NCBI GenBank assembly: GCA_000004985.1
Contig: GG738918.1
DNA length: 64,000 bases
Direction: 5' to 3' (one strand)
Source of the DNA: Naegleria gruberi
Taxonomy: Eukaryota
Shown here: positions 55,886 through 64,000 of the stretch, in pieces
How positions within the stretch are numbered: position 1 is the first letter of the stretch
Layout of the letters: each line of letters opens with the position of its first letter
Notes under the pieces: model-generated
Seen by the model: the letters and a program-made list of their open reading frames with translations, nothing else
Databases searched by the model: none
What the model was told of the DNA's origin: nothing
Position numbers and translations under genes: made by a program

Positions 55886-58529
55886 TTACTTGGAAGGTGC
55901 AAACTTTTCACACCTGGCAATCATCTCCTCCACAGCTCTATCATTTTCATTCTTTATTTGGAATTGACGATATCTATCAATGGCTGATTCATATTCACCT
56001 TGAATATAATAAGATGAAGCTTGATTGTAAACATTCCATCTTTCCTTTCGTTCTTTCTCTTGCAATTCATACATCCATTCATCCATCATATTATTTGCAA
56101 TGTTTTCTCCCAATTCATAGATTCTCATCTCTTCGTACTCATTATTTCCGTTAATATCGCTCAGTATTGGTGAAGTGTAGACTTCCTCATGAAGAAGTGA
56201 CTTTTCATCCACCAATCTGGTATTGAAAGAGCCCTTAATTGCCTTTTGGAGTCTTTCTGTAATAACTACCGAGAGACCAAGCCTCTTGGTTGTTTCCAAC
56301 ATGATTTCAAAGTTGGTTCTGGCACTTGAAATGATAGCAAAGTTTTTCATTTCATTTGTTCCAATATTACCACAACAAACTTCATTGTAAAGGATTGCGA
56401 ATCTAAAGTTCAAAAGACTCATAATTTCCTTAGTTTGATGGGAAGATCCTAATACGCTTGGCCATTTGCCTTGTTTGGTTGTATTCAACTTTTCTATAAG
56501 GAATAGACAACCCTGAGCTGCCTTTTCTTGGTGTTTATCTTGGTTGGAGCTGGCATTGTAAGAAATGGTAATGCAATCGTTTTCAAAGGCACCAACATGT
56601 CCTCCAGATGTTCTACACAAAGCATTCACGTGGTCAAAGACATCAGACAACATCCTTACAATAATATCCGATCCAATGGTTGTGTCTGACATTTTCAATA
56701 ATTCTGATAATCCCTCCAAGTGACAACACAAAATGGTAATCTTCTTCTTGACCAAGTGCAATGAGAACATATCAACATTTTGAGAGTATTTCTTTCTTCT
56801 AGAGGAGGTATTTTTCATGCTACTTGTGTTATGTGAATGGGAATGATAGGAGCTCGAATGATCACTCTTACTGAATGAAAAGTGGCTGCTCTGTTGTTTT
56901 TCTCCAAATCCTCTATTGCTCTTGTCAGGTCTTATTGTGGAAACAGACTTTTGCTTATCACCTGGCTCCAAAGCGTTCTCATTTCTGTGCTCTAATTGTG
57001 AAAGTAAGTGGGCTGGAATGAAAGCTCTGTAAAGTTTTATACGTCCAACCATTTGTGTGAATTGACCTTGCAAGTGTTTCACCTCGGTAAAGCTACTGCT
57101 TAAAATATTCAAATCATCCAAGTCCATGTGGGCAACACTTTCAAAGAGTTCAATTAAATTGTAGAATGGTTTGACAATTTTTATAGAGACAAGAACAGAG
57201 ACTATCAAACCAATACCCATAATGATAATTGCACCACCAACAGAGGCGATGAATGAAATGATAATCGATCTGATATAATTCCACTTTGGAACAGCAAATA
57301 TAACTGTGAAAAAATATTAGAAATTGAAGTCAATATCAAAAACTTACTCATCCAATCCAACTTGGATTCTGTACAAAGACGATACATTGACACGTAATCA
57401 TCATTAAAATCGAATAAAGCTCTAGAGTTACATTTTGGAATAACAGTCTTGAGATTGGTCATTCCTCTGGCCACCATTTCGGTGGTGATTGGGCTGAATC
57501 TAGGATTTGTTAATTGGAGGTATTCAACTCTTTTGATATTACTTCCTTCAATGTCAGCTAAACTCACTGCTGGGTCATCAACTGAAATTGTTTAAATAAT
57601 TAAGCAAACTATTATGATAACATACTGGCAACTAAAAAGGAAGTGTCTATTTCTACAATAAAACTCTTAGAACCGCTCACTTCCTTGGTTTTCTTAGATA
57701 AGAATTTGGACACTGTTTCAACAGACAAGTCAAAACCAAAATAGTGTTCAAATTGGTGTCCACCATTTACAGGACCACTAGGTTTCAAGCAATTAAGCAA
57801 TGAAATGAAAGTAAATTGAGGCATAGTGGCATCAATATAGCTCTTTGTATAAATCTGAGCACCTGGGGATGAATCACAAGCTTCTACCAAGTTTGACAAA
57901 TCAAAAAAGCCCAAAACTTCATCTGGAGTGGAAGATCTATTACAATAATCCAATTGATCAAAATTATGGCAAGTATACAGCTGTTGGTTCGCTGTTGTAA
58001 TGTTCAGTAATGTTGGTTGTCCTCCCCAATTTATAACACCAAAACATCTTCCCAAATTATCACCAATATAACTCGTAACAATCAACCCCTGATGGTATTT
58101 CCACTCTGTCTTGAACCCCTGAAAAGTGAGCAATTCTGCCTCATCATAATTATTAAAATCCAATGTTTTTACCAATTGATACGTTATACTATCGGATGCT
58201 ATGGATACTTCTCGAAATGTTTGTTCTGTAAATGTTATAATTTCCTTAAATTCGGATGTTCTTAGATTCTGACTCATCTCTACAATGGACGGAACAAAAC
58301 TACTCAATGAAATAGCCACCAGTAACAGAACTGTAATGGTTACTATCAGGGAAATAATAAGGATGAGCCAAAATTTGATGGAACCACAAAATCTAATCTT
58401 TTTAGAAATATCTCCTTCCGATTCTTGATAACTCTCTTCATCATCTTGATGCTGTTGGGCCTCTGGATGATTTGGAGTGTGTAATTCTGAATCCTGAGGA
58501 ACTACCTTACTAATTTTGAATGAGGACAT
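55886..58529 (-). CDS. Receptor-type class III nucleotidyl (adenylyl/guanylyl) cyclase: TM1, about 260 aa ectodomain, TM2, cyclase domain, C-terminal TPR-like; 3 exons (58529..57626; 57581..57348; 57303..55886), two 44-bp introns
   Basis: TM1 FWLILIISLIVTITVLLLVAISL. Junctions ...FLVA|IDDPAVSLADIEGS (donor gtatgt, acceptor aatttcag) and ...SKLDWM|IIFAVPKWNYIRSIIISFIASVGGAIIIMGIGLIVSVLV (donor gtaagt, acceptor ttcacag). Cyclase core CCHLEGLSEL...CRTSGGHVGAFENDCITISYNA...CCGNIGTNEMKNFAIISSARTNFEIMLETTKRLGLSVVITERL. TPR-like YIQGEYESAIDRYRQF. Confidence 0.7.
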
Positions 58530-59006
58530 TCTCTCTATATATTTGTTATTTGTTCTTTGTTCTTTGTTATTATTAACAATATGGTGTTATAGCAATTTCT
58601 ACTATTAAGCAGCTAATTATTGTTGCTATTTGCTAAAATATAATTATTAACAGAGAGGGTGAAGAAAATATCTTTACACGCACAGATGAGTTCGTTCTCT
58701 CGAGTTGTGTTGGTTGTGTGCGCTGGTGGGGTATTTTTTTCAAAAACTGTTGACAACCGTTGTTGAATGTGTGAATTGGCTTGACCTTAATTACTGTAGG
58801 TTGTGCACAACCAAAATAAGGCCTCCATGAGCAGTTACAAAGGAGGAAACAAACTATTAAGGGTCTGTCTGGTATGGAACGTCCAAATGACGCGACTATT
58901 AAGGTCTCGAAGGAGGGAGAATACAAATTTAGCCGAGCATCATATTGTAAGAATCCACAATATTCTAAGGATGCACCTTAGCCGTATGGGTAAAATTATA
59001 TGGGTT

Positions 59007-59894
59007 TTAATGTTGATCATCCTCTTCTAGAGCTTTTTCTAATAATTCTTGTTCAAATTCTTCATCATCATGAGCATATAATGCCTCCCATTCGATGATT
59101 TGTTGATTCAGAGAAATGATTGGAAGTTCCAATTGAAGGGTCTCGAGTTGTCTATCTAAGGTGTTTAATTTCTTTGGATTGGTATGATCAATCAAGTTCA
59201 TTAAATCAAATCTTAATTCATCTGTCACTTGATTGGAATCATCTGCTTTGACAATCAAATTGATTTTAGAAATGAGAAGATTAACTAGCTTTTCTTCCAT
59301 ATTCTCATAGAGTGGAACGAACATGGTAAGGAGTTTCAAGTTGGTTGGACTAGGTGGTTTGAACAAGCTCTCTATTATGATGGCTCCAATTTTGGAAGAA
59401 ATCAAATCATTGGAAAGTAACTTGGCAATGAATTTGATATTATTTGATCTCTTTCTCATATATTCAAATTTTTGAAGTTTCACATCCTTTCCTTCATCAA
59501 TGACCAACTCTTCCTTAAATCCGATCTGGCACTTGGTCAAGAGCTTTTTCTTCAATGCAATTATAACATTTTCATTCAAATTTCCAACATTTTCCTTCAA
59601 TTGTTCTTTCATTAAATTTCCCATCGTATTGTACAATCCTCTCTCAACAGCATGCGAATAGATCATATCGACCCATTCCGATTGCATTCTCTCACTTCCA
59701 TCAAATTGATTAAAATTCTTAAAAAGGGCACTTCTCATCGATTCATAATTTTGGGCAGTCGGAAGAGTACTCGATTTATCAAAGCAAGAAACAAGTCGAG
59801 ACATGAGAAAGGAAATATACCCTATTTTCTGATCAATTAATTCATCACCAGGTGATGACAATGATGTGGAACTGCTTGATTGTTGTTCTGACAT
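59007..59894 (-). CDS. MIF4G-domain-like protein (eIF4G middle-domain fold; SLIP1/CTIF/NOM1-like)
   Basis: RKRSNNIKFIAKLLSNDLISSKIGAIIIESL resembles the MIF4G RRSLGNIKFIGELFK..ML.E.I motif. Acidic C-terminus. Confidence 0.45.
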   Translation of the reverse strand: MSEQQSSSSTSLSSPGDELIDQKIGYISFLMSRLVSCFDKSSTLPTAQNYESMRSALFKNFNQFDGSERMQSEWVDMIYSHAVERGLYNTMGNLMKEQLKENVGNLNENVIIALKKKLLTKCQIGFKEELVIDEGKDVKLQKFEYMRKRSNNIKFIAKLLSNDLISSKIGAIIIESLFKPPSPTNLKLLTMFVPLYENMEEKLVNLLISKINLIVKADDSNQVTDELRFDLMNLIDHTNPKKLNTLDRQLETLQLELPIISLNQQIIEWEALYAHDDEEFEQELLEKALEEDDQH

Positions 59895-59960
59895 TTTTTT
59901 TTGATGACAAGTTTTTCAAAACATACTTTTTCCGCTTAATCTAAAAATAAGTTTAAAAAA

Positions 59961-60160
59961 ATGCTTTTTAAAAATCGTAATTTTGTTGTTTCGCTTACCA
60001 ACAAATGCACAGAGGAAGAAATTATTCATTTAATAACAAGTAATGGTGGAAAGGTGAAAGGTGATCCTAACGAAGCCATCTTAATAGTTGATGTGAATAA
60101 AAGGGATGGTAAAAGTGTGGATTATCAATACATTACAACTTGTTTGAAACGAAAGGAAGT
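59961..60160 (+). CDS. Possible 5' exon encoding a BRCT-like domain, candidate splice (intron 60161..60212) into the P-loop NTPase ORF
   Basis: The 67-aa segment NFVVSLTNKCTEEEIIHLITSNGGKVKGDPNEAILIVDVNKRDGKSVDYQYITTCLKRKEV has BRCT-like spacing. A GTTAGT donor after ...GAAGT and a ttccttag acceptor give an in-frame junction ...KRKEV-V-LNPIEYQAMVRL... Unspliced, the ORF stops 4 codons later. Confidence 0.35.
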
Positions 60161-60237
60161 GTTAGTTTTTTAAATAATCATATTAATCAAATATATTCCA
60201 TCGTTTCCTTAGGCTGAATCCAATAGAATATCAAGCA

Positions 60238-62190
60238 ATGGTAAGACTGTCAACATATGCATTCAGGGATTGGACAATACAAGAAACTTGTTCTGCTCTT
60301 GTTTACAAAGCAGGGTTTAGTTTGAAGGAAGCAACCGAGTACTATCTCCATAGTTTTAGTGGCAGAGGATTGGAAGTGTTGTTGCGAACTGGTAACAAAC
60401 TTTCTTTTATGGGACCCAATTCTGTTGCTCTCTTGGAATATTGGGTTGAGAATGATTTGCTTCCATGTTCCTACTTGTATTGGACAAAAGCAAAGACCAG
60501 AGAAATGTTAACAAAATCAAAGAATGATGGAGGAATGGGTTTAAGCGAGGATGTTGCACAAAACTTTTATAACCTAGATGGGAAAGCAATAGAGTCTCTA
60601 ATTAGTCATTCCTTTTGTCAAAACAATTGTTTGATAGATTTAGAACTGTATGAATCTTTGAAGAGTTGGATATTTTCATTGAGAGAAACAGAGCTACTTG
60701 TTCCCTTAATAGGTTTCAATTTGATGAATATCTCCATCACTATGCCAGTTTTCGATAATTCAATGCCTTATCAAAATAACAAGAAATGTGTTCAGAATAT
60801 GGCTGTTGAATTTTTACACAATCTCAACACAGAAGAAATTAGATGTAAATCTCTGGTTTGTAATTTTTCCCATTTTGGATTTGGTAAGACAAGATTTGGT
60901 GTTCAATTTCTAAAGTTACTACGAAATGCAATCTCTGACGAATCTGTGTACATTGATGGTAAATCTTTCTCACAATATTTAATGGATCAGTTTAGTACTG
61001 ATCAAATTCACAGTTTGCTAAATGCAAAAATGGTTTATATTAATTTTGTTGAAATAACTGAAAATGTCACATTTGACATAATTCTCAGTTCTTGTATTGT
61101 AAATACATTGAAAGTACCTCCTCCAAATGATTCGAAACCATTTGAGGAGTGGATAGCCTCACTTGGCCCAATTTATATTATCTTGGACGAATTCCAAATA
61201 TTTCTTAAACAGACTGCAATAGATCAAAATACCGTTAAAAGTTACCATATAATATGGAATTCTAGCTTAGTCAAGTTACAGAAGCTTTCTAATGTGTTTT
61301 TGTACATTTGTGGGAAAGGTTTATTGTTTGATCTGATTGAAAAAGGACAGTTTAGAGAAGAGTCAAGTTACAGAAGCCCAACTGCTGTTTATTCTGTCAA
61401 TTTGTCCTCTCTTGACATTGGTGACATTAAAACAATAATGACACATTTTCAGCATTTTAAATCACTTCCTGATGAAGTTACAACAAAACTTGCCAATCAT
61501 GTTCATGAAATGACAGGAGGTGTTCCAATCCTTGTACATTATGCGTTTATGTATTCAAATCCTGACATTCAAGCCTCATTTGAAGGAATTAAACAAACTT
61601 TGGACAACAACATATCACACGCACCCCCACAAACCATTAAGCCATACGGCAATGCTAACTTTTCCCGAATTTTGAAAGATATGTACAAAGTATTGGTTTG
61701 GGCAAGTATATTGAAGAAAACTTTTTCAACAAAGGATTCAATTACTGTTTCAGAGATTCCTGAATTTAGTGGACTAGAAAATATTAGCATACTCCATCTA
61801 TCCATCTTTTGTAATTGTTACGTGGAAGAGGTAGCTGACCAAAAAGGAAGGTTTCAGTTCGTGTTTCCTAAATGTATCATTGATAGCTATATTGAGGATA
61901 ATGACTTGGACATTTCACATATTTATCAAATTTCTAAACAGTATCCATTTCTTGTTAGTAATGATCATATATTGGAGTATCTTACAGATTTCTACCTAGT
62001 TATTCCATCAAAAAGTGATCTTACCGAGTGTATTGGTCCATTGAATGCAATGATATTAAAAAAGTTGCCAGATTGGAAAAATCAAGATATTAATCTGAAA
62101 GACATTATGGACGTGGTAGTTAAGGGATGGAATGTAATCGAATCAAAGGAAACGATTGAACCCAAAAAAAAGAAATCCAAAAAGAAGTAA
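60238..62190 (+). CDS. P-loop NTPase of unassigned family (Walker A GFGKT, Walker B IYIILDEF), about 650 aa, Lys-rich C-terminal end
   Basis: VCNFSHFGFGKTRFGVQFLKLL is Walker A. The hydrophobic strand IYIILDEFQIF about 95 aa later is Walker B. Spacing is as in AAA+/STAND-type ATPases. The C-terminus is ~330 aa with no recognised domain. The true 5' end may include the upstream exon. Confidence 0.55.
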   Translation: MVRLSTYAFRDWTIQETCSALVYKAGFSLKEATEYYLHSFSGRGLEVLLRTGNKLSFMGPNSVALLEYWVENDLLPCSYLYWTKAKTREMLTKSKNDGGMGLSEDVAQNFYNLDGKAIESLISHSFCQNNCLIDLELYESLKSWIFSLRETELLVPLIGFNLMNISITMPVFDNSMPYQNNKKCVQNMAVEFLHNLNTEEIRCKSLVCNFSHFGFGKTRFGVQFLKLLRNAISDESVYIDGKSFSQYLMDQFSTDQIHSLLNAKMVYINFVEITENVTFDIILSSCIVNTLKVPPPNDSKPFEEWIASLGPIYIILDEFQIFLKQTAIDQNTVKSYHIIWNSSLVKLQKLSNVFLYICGKGLLFDLIEKGQFREESSYRSPTAVYSVNLSSLDIGDIKTIMTHFQHFKSLPDEVTTKLANHVHEMTGGVPILVHYAFMYSNPDIQASFEGIKQTLDNNISHAPPQTIKPYGNANFSRILKDMYKVLVWASILKKTFSTKDSITVSEIPEFSGLENISILHLSIFCNCYVEEVADQKGRFQFVFPKCIIDSYIEDNDLDISHIYQISKQYPFLVSNDHILEYLTDFYLVIPSKSDLTECIGPLNAMILKKLPDWKNQDINLKDIMDVVVKGWNVIESKETIEPKKKKSKKK

Positions 62191-62538
62191 AACATTGAGG
62201 ACTATTTCATTTCTCATTGGTAGAAACGATTCTTCACTTTGCAACATTGCATTAGAAGAGATGTCACAATTGACTAGAGTTAATTTTGACCATTTAAGGT
62301 TTAATTTAATACAAATAATATTTATTTTGTAGTAAACCTTAGGAAGAGTGATTGTACAAAAAGTTCAAAAACAACACTCCTTTTTCTATTTGCTTCGAGT
62401 TGAATTGCTCTAACAAATTTCACCACTCTGAAAAATCATCATCACAAAATTAAAATAATTTGATGATGAAATTTTCGGAATGTAAAATTTCAATTCCCTC
62501 TCTTCACTCTTCCTCTATCTCATCACAGCAATGATGAT

Positions 62539-62799
62539 TTACTTGAGAGACTTTCTTTCAGCGATCAATGCAGCTTGGGCCTTTCTTTGAGCCTTCACTT
62601 GTTCTTGCATTTCAACACTGTTCACCTTATTCATTGGATTGGAAATTGATGAGGCAACAAATCTCTTATTGGAGATTAATCTCATCTTGGAACGACCAGT
62701 CTTTTCCTTTCCAAGCAAGTGCTTATCAGTTACGTTAGCAGCTGGAGTTTGATGCTTAACTTTTCCTGCTCTAGTCAATGATCCGTGAGTCTTGGCCAT
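62539..62799 (-). CDS. RPS30: 40S ribosomal protein eS30 with extended C-terminal tail
   Basis: MAKTHGSLTRAGKVKHQTPAANV...KTGRSKMRL..NKRFV matches eS30 (KVHGSLARAGKV..QTPKV..KK.KTGRAKRR..YNRRFV). It is 86 aa versus the typical ~60. Confidence 0.65.
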   Translation of the reverse strand: MAKTHGSLTRAGKVKHQTPAANVTDKHLLGKEKTGRSKMRLISNKRFVASSISNPMNKVNSVEMQEQVKAQRKAQAALIAERKSLK

Positions 62800-63030
62800 T
62801 TTGTTGTTGATTTCAATTATTATTCTAACTTCAGTTCTTGATTTTTTTGTTTTTTATTTTTAGAATTGGAAATTGCAAAATTTATAACAATTTTTAAAGT
62901 GTTAAATTGTGAGATTGAGATGGAAAAGTTGCTTTTTCAATCTTGATATCAATTATGAAATGAAACTGTATTTAAATGAGATAGATTTTGTCAGAGGTAA
63001 TTACAACGACTGTAACATTTCAATATTTAT

Positions 63031-64000
63031 TTAATACAAGTCAACTTGAACAGTTCTCAAATAAAATTCAGCAACAATTCCAAACACAAAAGGACCACTT
63101 TTGGTTTGCTTGAATACAGCAGTAATGTATTGATTATCTGTTCCTCTCACAACCAAATTTGCATTATTTGGATTGAGATTAACAATAAATGGATTGGAAG
63201 AGTACAAAATGTCAACAGGTTGATTATTATTACCAAGTGAAGGATCATTTAACAATCTGACCTTGACACCAATGGTTGTACCTTCTGGAACATTATCCTT
63301 TTTGAAAGTCATCCAATTTTGGAAAATGAAAGGATGATACATTTCAAAGTGGCCACTGTTAATATCATTAACATATGGATAAGAAAGGAAACTCTTTGCA
63401 TAGTATTTGAGTCTGAATTGAGAAGAAGGAGCTTGCAAATTAAAGTAAATGATGAATTGACTTCCAATGGATTGAGGTAATGAAAGAGTTGCATTCAATC
63501 CATTTCCAAAGAATTCATAATTTGCAGCAGATGGTGATCCCGTCTTTGTACTGGCATAAAGCAACAATTGTGAGTCCATATCTGGTCCATTAAATGTTAT
63601 TTGTAGAGTGTAATTCAAATTAGTGGAATAGGGCATGGAAAGTGTCGTGTAAACAAAAGTTGACTTGGAAACAATGAATGGAGTTGGAGAACCATATCTA
63701 TCGGTGAATATTTCAATGGCATCACTTGGAGTTCCCTTCAATAAACACAAAATACGTGCAGAATTGGATCTGCCAGAATCACATGTATTACAAGTGGATT
63801 GACCTTGTTGTGGAGCAATGGCTCCATCTTGACAAACATAACTATGGTCATCACCTGGACAATAGGTGCCATAGTCACAAACATGACATATTTGTTCAAT
63901 GTTTTGAGTTGCAAAATAACCTTTTGGACAAACGCTACAGTTGACCACATGTGAACATGCAGCAACAATAAGAATTAATAGCAAGAGAGGAAAGAGTTTG
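63031..64000 (-). CDS. Secreted Cys-rich protein, 5' end runs off the window
   Basis: A hydrophobic leader (LLILIVAACSHVVNCSV) is followed by a CxxC-rich module (CPKGYFATQNIEQICHVCDYGTYCPGDDHSYVCQDG...CNTCDSG), then a ~250 aa domain of unknown type. The reading frame remains open to the window edge. Confidence 0.5.
   Translation of the reverse strand, partial: KLFPLLLLILIVAACSHVVNCSVCPKGYFATQNIEQICHVCDYGTYCPGDDHSYVCQDGAIAPQQGQSTCNTCDSGRSNSARILCLLKGTPSDAIEIFTDRYGSPTPFIVSKSTFVYTTLSMPYSTNLNYTLQITFNGPDMDSQLLLYASTKTGSPSAANYEFFGNGLNATLSLPQSIGSQFIIYFNLQAPSSQFRLKYYAKSFLSYPYVNDINSGHFEMYHPFIFQNWMTFKKDNVPEGTTIGVKVRLLNDPSLGNNNQPVDILYSSNPFIVNLNPNNANLVVRGTDNQYITAVFKQTKSGPFVFGIVAEFYLRTVQVDLY

Noticed and set aside
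1-64000. Interpretation as a prokaryotic or phage region with operons or defence islands
   Set aside because: Genes alternate strands with 0.3-1 kb AT-rich spacers. Multiple ORFs are joined only by GT..AG introns with gtaagt donors. The tRNA has a eukaryotic Pol III T-run terminator. Protein families present (VPS13, ORMDL, G-alpha, eS30, gelsolin, pepsin-type protease) are eukaryotic. I saw no Shine-Dalgarno patterns.

Overview
This window is AT-rich eukaryotic nuclear DNA, not prokaryotic. Genes are monocistronic and sit on both strands. Several are interrupted by very short GT..AG introns (about 40-170 bp; donors gtaagt, gtatgt or gttagt; acceptors tttcag, aatag or ttag). There is one canonical eukaryotic tRNA-Lys(UUU). 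Several long single-exon ORFs are present, including VPS13. I did not see rRNA, CRISPR arrays or clear transposons. The ORF track treats alternative start codons as M, so I re-anchored starts on ATG where I could. I count about 35 protein-coding loci. The window is notably rich in heterotrimeric G-protein signalling components: a 7TM-RGS receptor, a G-alpha subunit, a divergent pair of TM-sensor/PAS/RGS genes and a receptor-type nucleotidyl cyclase. It also holds many F-box-like proteins, leucine-rich-repeat paralogs and several locally duplicated families (one inverted, one tandem). Housekeeping genes present are VPS13, ORMDL, eS30, an A1 aspartic protease, an SDR, a class I methyltransferase, a family III CoA-transferase, a C2-gelsolin protein, a mitochondrial-carrier-like protein, a PaiB-like protein and an AlkB-like dioxygenase. 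The observations I find most interesting are (i) the sensor-RGS / sensor-cyclase signalling island at 48-58.5 kb, (ii) a twice-occurring 23-24 codon micro-ORF whose copies differ mainly by synonymous changes, (iii) a tandem pair of novel secreted basic-tailed proteins flanking a Pol-beta-type nucleotidyltransferase, and (iv) a BRCT-like exon apparently spliced to a P-loop NTPase. The DUF4116 repeats, cyclase/RGS richness and short introns suggest a free-living protist such as a heterolobosean amoeboflagellate, but I cannot verify the organism from sequence alone.
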